Source of the DNA: a virus
Reading direction: 5' to 3' (one strand)
DNA length: 38,508 bases
Virus record (IMG/VR): IMGVR_UViG_3300045988_070743
Location: 1-38,508 of that record
The notes under the pieces are model-generated. The model made no database searches and had not been told where the DNA came from. It saw only the letters and a program-made list of their open reading frames with translations. The position numbers were made by a program, and so were the translations under genes. Below, piece after piece: positions 24,292 through 33,086 of this stretch. The number at the start of each line of letters is the position of its first letter. Position 1 is the stretch's first letter.

Positions 24292-24876
24292 TTATTTCTT
24301 TTCTGTAGTTAAACCCATTACTTGTCTTAATAGTAAATCTTCTGCGTTTGGGTTTTCTCCTTGCCCACTGCTTCCAACGATATTTCCTGTAACAGTAGGT
24401 TCATTTTGTTCTTTTTCAAATAAGATTGGCTTATTTTCTTTTAATGTTTTAAAAGCTTTGTCAATGTCATTTGTTTGGTCTTTTGATTTAAGCAAATCAT
24501 CATAGTTGAATTGTGATTTTGCTAAATCGAAATCCTTACATCCGTATTCTTTAGCCTTTGCGCTTAATACGGAATCAAGATTCATTTTGCTAATCTGGGT
24601 TTCGTAGTTTGTCTTTTGAGTGTCAATATCATTCGTCAATGTATTGATTTTTTTTCTTAACTCTTCTACATCAACTCCCTCATAGCTTTCCTTGAATTTA
24701 TCAAACTTTGTTTGAATATCCTTTGCGTTGCCCTCTGCTAAAGATAGCTTTTCTTTCTGCTTGTCAAACTCTGCAATCGTCTTATAGTTGTCATTTACTA
24801 GATTTGTAATTGACTCCTCTTGTTCTTTGGTTAATTCAATGTTTGATTCTTTTAAAATTTCAATAATGTTTTTCAT
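24292..24876 (-). CDS. Scaffolding protein
   Basis: 194-aa helical, charged protein between the MuF-like and capsid genes. Confidence 0.6.
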   Translation of the reverse strand: MKNIIEILKESNIELTKEQEESITNLVNDNYKTIAEFDKQKEKLSLAEGNAKDIQTKFDKFKESYEGVDVEELRKKINTLTNDIDTQKTNYETQISKMNLDSVLSAKAKEYGCKDFDLAKSQFNYDDLLKSKDQTNDIDKAFKTLKENKPILFEKEQNEPTVTGNIVGSSGQGENPNAEDLLLRQVMGLTTEKK

Positions 24877-24953
24877 TTGCCCTCCTAAAGTCTTTTATAA
24901 ACCGAATCTTCTCCGGTATGGTTATGGCTAACTTTATTTTAACTTGAATAATA

Positions 24954-24968
24954 GCTCACAATGTGAGC
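24954..24968 (-). terminator. Hairpin GCTCACAATGTGAGC (copy 1), attenuator/terminator after the MuF-like gene
   Basis: The identical 15-mer recurs at 36215-36229. The U-run here is weak. Confidence 0.35.
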
Positions 24969-24971
24969 GTT

Positions 24972-26153
24972 TTAGCCGATTCTAAGCCTATCGTTGTGAA
25001 CTCTGTCTCCCATTTCAGAACTGAAAGCTTTATATACTGCATTTGCGTGTTTTAGCTTAATTTTAGCTTCTGTACTGCCTAATCCTTGATTGTCCAATAA
25101 GATTACTTCCCTTTTCAATGCTCTGATATTTCTTTCTAGCTCTCTTTGATACTGTCTAGCTTCATATCCTTCATATTTTTTTCCTTGGAATGTGAAAGGC
25201 TTTGTATCAATATTCTTTAACTGCTCTTTTGTGTAAGCATAAGGCATATCCACATCCCAAACAGGTTGTGCAAAGTGTCTACATCCATAATCTTTTTCTT
25301 CTCCATGCGTCAACTGAAACAAGCTAGGATATAGTTTCCCTTGCGTATCGTATCGCTTCCCTTGCCACTTCTTATGACTTGGTCTTGCGTTTGCGTGAGC
25401 GTCAAACTCAAATACAGTAACTCCCATATCTTTTGCACATTTATTGTTAATTTCTTGTGATGATTCTTTTTCTGCATACTGCATTTGTTGTCTCACCCAT
25501 ACATCCACATTTCTTTTCACGCCTGTATCATATTCCACAATCTTTACACCACTATCCGCCAATTTAGAGATAGCTTTTCTACAAGAATCATCAATTGTGC
25601 ATTTACCACCTACTACATTTTTAACTTCTTCTTGAACTACCTTTGTAAAGAATACCGGTAATTTATCTTTACCGATTGCATACGTGTTAGCACTTGTCTT
25701 GATGTATTTCTTCCAATGCTTTGATGTGTCATTTTGTGGACTGATATATAAATCCATTTTGAGCTTCTTTTTGATAGGTTTCCCGCTTGCTACTTCGATT
25801 AAATCAAGCGTTCCTTGCTTACTTTCTTCAAAATCCTTTTTAGATTCCTTGATTACATTTTTTTTAAGGCTTTTTGATTCTTTTTTCGTAAATTTACGCA
25901 AATCTACGAGTGATTTTGCCAATATCTCATTAAATTTTGCGTTTTCTTCGGTGCTTTTCTCTAAAACTTCACGAATTTTATTAGATACGAATATCATCAT
26001 TCCTAATTCAAATACACTAGCACGCTTTACGCTTTTTCTTTCTCTTTCTTCGAGTTTTCTTCTTTTCTCAATCTGCTTTTTTAGGCGTTCTTGTTTCCTT
26101 TCTTCTTGCCTTTTTTCGCGTTCTTGCTCCCTTTGTTCTTCTTCACTTAACAT
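24972..26153 (-). CDS. Minor head protein (SPP1 gp7 / Mu F family)
   Basis: HANARPSHKKWQGKRY motif and a highly charged N-terminus. GGAGGG lies 7 nt upstream of the ATG. Confidence 0.7.
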   Translation of the reverse strand: MLSEEEQREQEREKRQEERKQERLKKQIEKRRKLEERERKSVKRASVFELGMMIFVSNKIREVLEKSTEENAKFNEILAKSLVDLRKFTKKESKSLKKNVIKESKKDFEESKQGTLDLIEVASGKPIKKKLKMDLYISPQNDTSKHWKKYIKTSANTYAIGKDKLPVFFTKVVQEEVKNVVGGKCTIDDSCRKAISKLADSGVKIVEYDTGVKRNVDVWVRQQMQYAEKESSQEINNKCAKDMGVTVFEFDAHANARPSHKKWQGKRYDTQGKLYPSLFQLTHGEEKDYGCRHFAQPVWDVDMPYAYTKEQLKNIDTKPFTFQGKKYEGYEARQYQRELERNIRALKREVILLDNQGLGSTEAKIKLKHANAVYKAFSSEMGDRVHNDRLRIG

Positions 26154-26169
26154 TTATATGCCCTCCTAC

Positions 26170-26193
26170 ATAAAAAGGGCATTTAAACCCTTT
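26170..26193 (-). terminator. Weak intrinsic terminator after the fibre cassette
   Basis: Minus-sense AAGGG-UUUAAAUG-CCCUU followed by UUUAU. Confidence 0.35.
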
Positions 26194-26209
26194 AAAACGC
26201 TTTTAAAGC

Positions 26210-26329
26210 TTATTTAATTAATTCTTTTATCTGATTCTCTGTAATCCATCCAATAGAAGCAAATATTTCTAAATCACTCTTTGTAAATAAGCCTAATTCA
26301 TAATACGATTTAATTAATTCATAACTCAT
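26210..26329 (-). CDS. XkdX-family small protein (39 aa), absent from the ORF track
   Basis: MSYELIKSYYELGLFTKSDLEIFASIGWITENQIKELIK fits the XkdX pattern (YY..G.....V..FV..G.IT..Q). Confidence 0.6.
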   Translation of the reverse strand: MSYELIKSYYELGLFTKSDLEIFASIGWITENQIKELIK

Positions 26330-26330
26330 G

Positions 26331-26672
26331 TTACTTCACCCCATTCACTTGAGCTTTTAATTGAGCAATCTGTAACATTAATTGTGCGTTAATCTTCTGT
26401 TGCTCAGTTGGTACTGTTTTTGGCTCTTCAATCGTTGGCTTTTCTGCTTCTGCAACCTCAACTACTTTACCTTCTACATATTTGTAATTATATCTACCAT
26501 ATTTATCAAACAATCCTTTTTCTAAATACTGTGATTGAGCGTGTACGAATTTATCACCTTCTCCTTCATCAATATTTGTCATGGCTTGCATTTCTTCGTT
26601 TGATAGAAAGATTTCAGAATTAATTGATGTAACTTGCTTATCTTCATCTAATTTGACATATACTTTATACAT
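26331..26672 (-). CDS. XkdW-like tail-fibre-associated protein
   Basis: MYKVYVKLDEDKQVTSINS...IDEGEGDKFVHAQSQY...YNYKY, paired with XkdX as in PBSX-like fibre cassettes. The start is the second ATG (26672). Confidence 0.4.
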   Translation of the reverse strand: MYKVYVKLDEDKQVTSINSEIFLSNEEMQAMTNIDEGEGDKFVHAQSQYLEKGLFDKYGRYNYKYVEGKVVEVAEAEKPTIEEPKTVPTEQQKINAQLMLQIAQLKAQVNGVK

Positions 26673-26687
26673 TCTTATCATTCCTTT

Positions 26688-27584
26688 CTACGCATAAATT
26701 TCTGCGTCTAATTCAATGTAACTGTTTTCATCAAAGACGACAGTCATATTTTGTTGAGATACACCTGAAGGAGCCACGAGTAACGTGATTTCTGAATATT
26801 TGGTTAGTGTGATAGGTTGCAAATCACTGAATTTATACTTTACATATCCACCGTAATAATAAACCCAAAAGCTTCCTACACCCTTAACAGTCGGCCTTGT
26901 TCGCATGTTTAATACGGTTTCACATCCGACATACATTTGTGTTGTAAAATAGCCATTTAGTGATGTATTTACAACATTGTAATACATCATACATCTTTGT
27001 AGTTCGTTTGCGTAATTTGGTGCTACGTAAGTGGTAGCTTTACTGCCTTTCTCCAATTTAATCCATTCAATCGTAATTGATGCACCTTGCTTTAATTCTA
27101 TACTTGCCTCCTTTAAATAAGATAAAGTTACGGTATTTAAGCCTTTTACAATCTTCTTTCCATTTGCATGATTGTATAAATACGCATTACCTGTTACTGC
27201 CTTAATATTGCACGATAATGTGCACGTATCATTGATTGCGTGTGCTAAGATTTGTTTAAACCATGAACTTGTATCGGTAGTAGCTAATGATGTGATTGTG
27301 GCCGTACCATCAATATTGTATACTACTTGAGCATTAATACTAATCCATCTATCTAGTGTATACGTTGGCTTTGTAGTGTTGTTTGAATATGTTCCACGTC
27401 CTCTTTGGTCAACTCTGAAATTTGAGTTAAGCAATAAATTTGGATTACTGAATCTTTCTGCCATGTAATCCATTAATTGCGACAACGTACCTTTTTTTAA
27501 TCCTGCTCCGTTATGAACAGGCAATAAGCTTGTATCTGTAAAGCTAGGTAATGCGTCTAATTCTGTCACTTGTTTTCCTGGCAT
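26688..27584 (-). CDS. Receptor-binding / tail fibre-like protein
   Basis: NLLLNSNFRVDQRG...YTLDRW motif typical of Firmicute phage fibre proteins. ATG 27584 lies 6 nt after GGAGG. Confidence 0.5.
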   Translation of the reverse strand: MPGKQVTELDALPSFTDTSLLPVHNGAGLKKGTLSQLMDYMAERFSNPNLLLNSNFRVDQRGRGTYSNNTTKPTYTLDRWISINAQVVYNIDGTATITSLATTDTSSWFKQILAHAINDTCTLSCNIKAVTGNAYLYNHANGKKIVKGLNTVTLSYLKEASIELKQGASITIEWIKLEKGSKATTYVAPNYANELQRCMMYYNVVNTSLNGYFTTQMYVGCETVLNMRTRPTVKGVGSFWVYYYGGYVKYKFSDLQPITLTKYSEITLLVAPSGVSQQNMTVVFDENSYIELDAEIYA

Positions 27585-27585
27585 G

Positions 27586-27831
27586 TTATTCCTCCTTGAC
27601 TTTATATGTCCAATCCGTGCCGACTTCTCCACTTGCTACCTCGTAAGACCAATCGGCTAGGATAGTATTTCCTTTTTCATCCACTAAATCTTGAGCACTT
27701 GTTGCGTTCAAATTCGTGGTAAAGTGATTATTCATCACCATTTGATTCAATGCGTTATGTGAAGTAGTTACAGACTTTATTTTCGAGACAAGCCACTGAA
27801 TAGAAGCTTTGTCTTTAAATACGAAAAACAT
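27586..27831 (-). CDS. 81-aa protein consisting mainly of the NNHFTT...DWTYKVK domain
   Basis: The C-terminal ~50 aa are paralogous to the C-terminus of 29047..29856. Confidence 0.55.
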   Translation of the reverse strand: MFFVFKDKASIQWLVSKIKSVTTSHNALNQMVMNNHFTTNLNATSAQDLVDEKGNTILADWSYEVASGEVGTDWTYKVKEE

Positions 27832-27834
27832 ATG

Positions 27835-28443
27835 CTAACCCCACATTGTGTTTAAATCGTTTGTTGTAATCGCAGTTAATTCTGATTTCTTAACATATGC
27901 CGATAAATCAATGTCTGTATTACCAATCTTTTCAAATGTTTTGCTTTCTGATAACCAAATATATTCATTATAAATATCTTGTGTTCCGTGTGAATGTGCT
28001 ACCAAATAGATAACACCATTTGAACCTGTAGCAGGTAAGCTCGTTACCTTTTCATATCTAATAGATGTAATATTACCTACTGCCGAATTAATCAACGATT
28101 GTACTTGTGATTGCGTTTGATACCCTTTAGCCGTGATAATTGACTCAACGCTCGTCGCCGACTGATATCCACTGTCATTTGTTAATTGTGATGTCTTTGT
28201 AGGCACTGTAACATCCACGGCTTTTGAGCTTGGCGTTAATTTCGTACCATTTACCTTTACAGACTCAATCACATTCACTTGAGCACCACTTGCGATACCA
28301 CTTAATTTGTTTTTTTCTGCATTAGTATAGTCATTTGTCGATAAGCCTTTACCACTTACAACATTAACTTTCCCACCTAATTCAGATTTAATTTTACTGA
28401 TTAAGAGCGTCAATCCACTCTTATCTAAATATTCAATAGCTAT
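27835..28443 (-). CDS. Tail fibre repeat protein (GKGLSTNDYT...EKNKL motif); probable ATA start
   Basis: GGAGG lies 7 nt upstream of ATA 28443-28441. The N-terminal AIEYLDKSGLTLLISKIK lies upstream of the SD-less TTG 28413. Confidence 0.6.
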   Translation of the reverse strand: MAIEYLDKSGLTLLISKIKSELGGKVNVVSGKGLSTNDYTNAEKNKLSGIASGAQVNVIESVKVNGTKLTPSSKAVDVTVPTKTSQLTNDSGYQSATSVESIITAKGYQTQSQVQSLINSAVGNITSIRYEKVTSLPATGSNGVIYLVAHSHGTQDIYNEYIWLSESKTFEKIGNTDIDLSAYVKKSELTAITTNDLNTMWG

Positions 28444-28454
28444 TCTTTTTCCTC

Positions 28455-28754
28455 CTATAGACTATTCCATAATTCATCTAGTTCGGTTGTTGATACAGAT
28501 GTCACAGAACCTTCTGCCATAGCTCCAATATCTTCCGGAGTATATACCGGTCTTGTTTCTGCTTTAGCCCACGTTGGAACTGTTGGGTCTATTTCTTCAA
28601 CCTCTCCAATGATTTCATTACCATTTAATTTAGGTTTGTTCTTTAGCTTGTTGTAATCACTTGTACCTTCAACAAACTTCTCATCTGAGATTTCAATTTG
28701 AAGCTTGTCTGATTCATCTTGTATATTCATTTGAATATCTTGCATTAGAATCAT
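28455..28754 (-). CDS. Fibre-associated protein (99 aa; DYNKLKNKPKLNGNEIIG motif)
   Basis: ATGA-coupled ATG after AAGGAAGTG. Confidence 0.5.
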   Translation of the reverse strand: MILMQDIQMNIQDESDKLQIEISDEKFVEGTSDYNKLKNKPKLNGNEIIGEVEEIDPTVPTWAKAETRPVYTPEDIGAMAEGSVTSVSTTELDELWNSL

Positions 28755-29050
28755 GTAATCACTTCCTTATTCAATACTCTATATACCTTTGTTGTCTTGA
28801 CAGGAGAAGCAATAGCAACTCCTCCTTTTGTAATCATTCTTAATTGAATATTACAAGTACCCTCTTTGAAATTGAGCGTTTCTTCTTGACTTAACAACAC
28901 TGAAATAACATTTCCTTCAATGTCTAAATCACTTGATTCTTTTTTTAAGATATATCCGTTCTGTTCAAATACCACATAGATATTCTGCATTTCATTTAAA
29001 TCAATATCGTTTATTGTGATTTGAATTGTTGGCGTAGTTCCTTGTCTCAT
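28751..29050 (-). CDS. Fibre-associated protein (99 aa)
   Basis: ATGA-coupled ATG 29050. The track ORF extends to TTG 29071. Confidence 0.5.
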   Translation of the reverse strand: MRQGTTPTIQITINDIDLNEMQNIYVVFEQNGYILKKESSDLDIEGNVISVLLSQEETLNFKEGTCNIQLRMITKGGVAIASPVKTTKVYRVLNKEVIT

Positions 29051-29856
29051 GATTTCACCTTGTAAGTCCAATCTTTGCCTACTTCACCCGACTCAACTTC
29101 ATACGCCCAATCGGCTAGCATTTCATGACCGTTCTCATCTACCAGTGTTCCATCTTCTGTTAATAGAATCGTAGTGAAATGGTTATTCATAAGCATTTGT
29201 TCTACATTTGCAATTCGGTTCATTAACTTACCTGCGGTATTTGAATCCAACGTATCTTTTACGCTTGCGAACCATTCATTGAACTCTGTTCTATTTGCAT
29301 TCATTTCAGATTCATTCTGAGCTTTAATTTCCTTGAATAACTCAGTAACTTGAGTGAACAAATCCAATGATTGTACGCTCTTAATTGCGCTTGTAACTGC
29401 TCCGCAACGTGTAGAATCTAATCTTGTATCAGTAATATCTGAGCCTTTAACTTCACTTGAATTACCTGTGACCGTGACTGTAGCTAGTACTAAATCATAA
29501 ATAGAATCACTTCTTGTAATTCCACTGTTAATATCACTTGCAACTAATGTGATGTTTCTGTGTGCGTCATTATCATTCAGTCTAAGAATAATATTGTAGC
29601 TTTTGGTTGCGTTATTCTTTTCTAGTGTGATGGTTTCGTCATCCCTTTGCCAATAGAATGCTCCATTGATATTCGCTCGTCCTGCTTTAACTGTTAATGT
29701 TAAGCCTTGAGCTTTCTCGACTCTTAAATGGTCTGAACCGGAATCATCTACGAACACGCCATTTGTAAAGTAGCTTGAGAATAATCTTCTGAAAGCGTCA
29801 TATAATACTAATCTATCGCCATTTCTTGAGACGAATGGAAAATATGTTGTTGCTAT
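29047..29856 (-). CDS. Fibre/structural protein (269 aa); probable ATA start
   Basis: The frame is open 33 codons upstream of GTG 29757 (ATTYFPFVSRNGDRLVLYDAFRRLFSSYFTNGV), with an in-frame TGA 3 codons upstream. ATA 29856-29854 overlaps the portal TAG. Confidence 0.6.
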   Translation of the reverse strand: MATTYFPFVSRNGDRLVLYDAFRRLFSSYFTNGVFVDDSGSDHLRVEKAQGLTLTVKAGRANINGAFYWQRDDETITLEKNNATKSYNIILRLNDNDAHRNITLVASDINSGITRSDSIYDLVLATVTVTGNSSEVKGSDITDTRLDSTRCGAVTSAIKSVQSLDLFTQVTELFKEIKAQNESEMNANRTEFNEWFASVKDTLDSNTAGKLMNRIANVEQMLMNNHFTTILLTEDGTLVDENGHEMLADWAYEVESGEVGKDWTYKVKS

Positions 29857-31256
29857 TCTTCTTCATCCTCCTCTCCATCATCTTGAATTTCTTCATTTAA
29901 TAACTCAGTTGCTTCTTCTTCAGTAAAGCCGTATTGCTTCATAAAGTACATAATTTTCAATCTTGGAATATCAAATGTTAATGCGTCATTCCTTAACGCT
30001 TGTGCCGTGCTTTGCTTATCCTCGATATATGTATCGTCATAATCAATCGCAATGTCTAATGAATTGATATTAAGCTTTCTGCCTTGTGTCAATTCATAGA
30101 AGTATGCTATTGCTTGAATGATATCTTGAATATATGCAGTAGACTCTTTTCGTTGTGCATTCACTTCCTTCATTGCGTCTTGATTCTCACCGATATATTC
30201 GGTAGCAGTGACAATTCTTCCACTTTCAAAGGTGTATTTCTTTGTGCCAAATCCAAACATCATAGATAAGATACTTAATGCGGTTTCTAGTGATTGCACA
30301 ACTTCTTGTGTTCTAACTGTTGGATTGTATTCTTGCCATAACGCTTTTTCTTCCGGTAGTTTGTCTCTACCTAATTGAACGAAGATATTCTTTAATTGTG
30401 GATTCTGTTTAACCTTTCCATTCTTGTCTTTCTGCATTAACGCTTCATTTACAAGAACGATTTTATCTGATTTCAATAAATCTCGATTCCACATTGTCAT
30501 TGTCAAATCAATTGTTTTTAAAGGAGCGATTGCGCTCCAAATCTTTGGTAAGCCGTACCCTTGCATTTGTAAGTTGTTGACTTTTGCGTTTCTCATAATC
30601 GCAAACGGCTTGACCACATCTAATTGAACAATTTGAGCACGGTCTTTTATTTCTTCGCCTGTATCTTTGAAGTAATGTGTTTCTGCAATATATCTTTCGT
30701 CTTGTCCTTTTAAGAACATGACCATCACATATACTTTTTTTAATTTCTCATAATTTACTCCAACGAAAGCAACTTCCACAATTTCATCATTAATAACAGT
30801 TAGTGGAAGGATATTCATGGAATCACAATAATTAATTCTAATTTCTCCCCCACTGAATGTACCATCTTCATAAATCTCGGCATTTGATACCGTCACATAA
30901 GCTCCTACCGTACCATTTGCAGACATTTGCTCAACTTGTTTCCTATACATTACATCAAATCTATTCTTTGTTAGAATGTCTGAAATAATGTCATTTGTAG
31001 CACTGTCCTCTGTTGCGTTTATATCCAAGATTTCAATTAAGTTTGCATCATCTTCACACAAACGCTTTGCAAAGTCTGTCTTATCCAATGTATATTGCTC
31101 ATTATTTAATGTGTATGCCGTATGAAATTCTGTTTCGGTATTTGTGTACCACTTGTTGCACAATTCAATAATTTCAATTGCGTTTGTGTCTACATAATAC
31201 CCTCTATCGTTTAGGTAATTCTGAAACCACGGTCTACGTGTGTTAGATGTTTCTAT
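29853..31256 (-). CDS. Portal protein (SPP1 gp6-like); probable ATA start
   Basis: 467 aa directly after terL. TAAGGAGG lies 6 nt upstream of ATA 31256-31254. The first canonical start (TTG 31163) is 31 codons downstream with no SD. Confidence 0.75.
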   Translation of the reverse strand: METSNTRRPWFQNYLNDRGYYVDTNAIEIIELCNKWYTNTETEFHTAYTLNNEQYTLDKTDFAKRLCEDDANLIEILDINATEDSATNDIISDILTKNRFDVMYRKQVEQMSANGTVGAYVTVSNAEIYEDGTFSGGEIRINYCDSMNILPLTVINDEIVEVAFVGVNYEKLKKVYVMVMFLKGQDERYIAETHYFKDTGEEIKDRAQIVQLDVVKPFAIMRNAKVNNLQMQGYGLPKIWSAIAPLKTIDLTMTMWNRDLLKSDKIVLVNEALMQKDKNGKVKQNPQLKNIFVQLGRDKLPEEKALWQEYNPTVRTQEVVQSLETALSILSMMFGFGTKKYTFESGRIVTATEYIGENQDAMKEVNAQRKESTAYIQDIIQAIAYFYELTQGRKLNINSLDIAIDYDDTYIEDKQSTAQALRNDALTFDIPRLKIMYFMKQYGFTEEEATELLNEEIQDDGEEDEEE

Positions 31257-31259
31257 TTC

Positions 31260-32597
31260 TTACCTCCTTAAATCTATATATCCACTATGTGTGATAAATG
31301 TATAGCAGAACGAATCCCAATCATCATTGATATTGTTTACGTTCTCATCTTTTGGGATGTCTATCTTTTCATCCCATACTAATTCGCTCAATGCGTTAAT
31401 TAAATTCTTACAATGTTCTTCTATCTTCAATCTACCTGTAACAAGTAAGCTATCAACCGTTATAGGACGGTCTGCTAACTCATTCTTCTTAACTGGTGCA
31501 ATTATACTACCGTCTAATCCTTCGGCGTAGAAATAAGCTCTAAGCGTGTTTATCAACGTATTAGAAGCACTGTCCGGAAATATCCATTCTACATATCCGT
31601 AACATTCAACACAACGCTTATAGAACCTTACAAATGCTTTGCAAAACTTTGTTGCGTCTATTGCATTTGACTTTGCCATGTCTCCTTCATCAAGTGCCCA
31701 CATATAATCCCAATCGTTCGTAAATCCTGTTAAATGCCATGAATATTTCGAGCCATTGTCTCCAAAATCAACGCCTATGATTAAATGACTGAACCTTTTT
31801 CCTTTTTCTTTCATCTTCTCTTTTAAATGTTGATATTTGAATAGGTAAGGTTTGCAATCATTAGCAAAATAAGGGAATACAAGTCCTTCGGCAACCATTC
31901 TTTCCCCTAGAATATCTCGCTTGTACCATACTGAATTCATATCATATTTGTTTTGGATTTCTTCGATTCTTTCTTGGCTCATTGTAGCATTGTCAAAAAT
32001 ATTGAAGTGCTCATATCTGTACCAATCTAACCCCATGAATTTATCTATGTAATTCTTATAAATGTCTGCGTTTGGATTTGATGGGTTTAAATCCCATAAT
32101 GTAAATGGATGTACGCTTGCAATCTGTCTTGCCATTGCTACCTTAATAAAACTTGTTCTAGAATCCTCACAATCGTAATGCTCATTTATTTCGGTCGCTA
32201 TCCATCCGCCATATGAGTTACCTAATATACTCTTATATGAATCGGACTTCCCACCACCTGTAAATATAACTATCTTTTCGCCTGTCTTTGTTTGAATAAA
32301 TAGTGCTTCGTTTGATTTGTATTTACCCCAACGACAACGTCCACGAAAGATATGCTCTAAGCCGAAACCATTGCAGTCACCTATATTTAATTTTGCATTC
32401 GGTAAGCTTGACCCACTCGCTAAATGTATTTTATCTTCACATGTTTCTAAATACATTGAAAAGATTATGCAGTGGTCAATCGTTTTACCACTTCGTACCG
32501 CTCCTTCTGCTACACTTTGTTTGTAATTTAGGGCGGTCTTAATATAATTCTTATGTTTATCTGAAAATTTCCCCCAAGGAATCGTTCTAGTCATCAT
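31260..32597 (-). CDS. terL: Terminase large subunit
   Basis: Walker A GAVRSGKT. 445 aa. ATGA-type coupling to terS. Confidence 0.85.
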   Translation of the reverse strand: MMTRTIPWGKFSDKHKNYIKTALNYKQSVAEGAVRSGKTIDHCIIFSMYLETCEDKIHLASGSSLPNAKLNIGDCNGFGLEHIFRGRCRWGKYKSNEALFIQTKTGEKIVIFTGGGKSDSYKSILGNSYGGWIATEINEHYDCEDSRTSFIKVAMARQIASVHPFTLWDLNPSNPNADIYKNYIDKFMGLDWYRYEHFNIFDNATMSQERIEEIQNKYDMNSVWYKRDILGERMVAEGLVFPYFANDCKPYLFKYQHLKEKMKEKGKRFSHLIIGVDFGDNGSKYSWHLTGFTNDWDYMWALDEGDMAKSNAIDATKFCKAFVRFYKRCVECYGYVEWIFPDSASNTLINTLRAYFYAEGLDGSIIAPVKKNELADRPITVDSLLVTGRLKIEEHCKNLINALSELVWDEKIDIPKDENVNNINDDWDSFCYTFITHSGYIDLRR

Positions 32598-32959
32598 TTT
32601 AATAAATCTGCTAAAGGCGTTAAGTCCTCAATCTCATGCGTCATTGTTTGCTCAACCTTTTCGGTCTGTCCAAGCATTTGTTTACCTAACCAAATAAGCA
32701 TGGTCGTATTTCCTTTTGACGCTTTGTCAAATTGCATACGTCTTAAACTTCTTTTTGAGTGGCTTATACCTCTTTTATATATCTGACAAAACTTTTTATT
32801 TCTTAGCAATGTTCTTACTGAACACCCTAGAAAATCTGCAATTTCTTCTTGAGTACATCCAATAGAAGCAAGCTTTTCAACTGCTTCATAATCAATCTTT
32901 ATTCTTGGACGTCCTCCTGCGTGTTTCTCTGCTATTTTAATACCCCCTATAACAATCAT
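32594..32959 (-). CDS. terS: Terminase small subunit (HTH)
   Basis: GGRPRIKIDYEAVEKLASIGCTQEEIADFLGCSVRTL motif. ATG 32959 has no SD. ATA 32935-32933 lies 6 nt after GGGGGT and 1 nt after the upstream ORF stop. Confidence 0.7.
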   Translation of the reverse strand: MIVIGGIKIAEKHAGGRPRIKIDYEAVEKLASIGCTQEEIADFLGCSVRTLLRNKKFCQIYKRGISHSKRSLRRMQFDKASKGNTTMLIWLGKQMLGQTEKVEQTMTHEIEDLTPLADLLK

Positions 32960-33086
32960 ATTGATTCAATTGTTTTTTAAGCCTTTGCAATCTTTTTCTT
33001 AAATCTCTTTTTCTATATTCTGATGTCGTGTTTTCTAATTCTTCTTCAACGCTTTTCATTTGGCGTAAATATTCTTCTCTAGACAT
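32937..33086 (-). CDS. 49-aa basic coiled-coil ORF, absent from the ORF track
   Basis: MSREEYLRQMKSVEEELENTTSEYRKRDLRKRLQRLKKQLNQYDCYRGY. The ATG overlaps the radical-SAM gene 3' end. Confidence 0.45.
   Translation of the reverse strand: MSREEYLRQMKSVEEELENTTSEYRKRDLRKRLQRLKKQLNQYDCYRGY

Noticed and set aside
12638-31256. Sequencing or base-calling errors (ATG misread as ATA) as the explanation for the ATA starts.
   Set aside because: That would need eight or more independent G-to-A errors, each exactly at the third base of a start codon, while dozens of other ATG starts and all internal sequence read cleanly. This seems implausible. Resequencing is still listed as a check.
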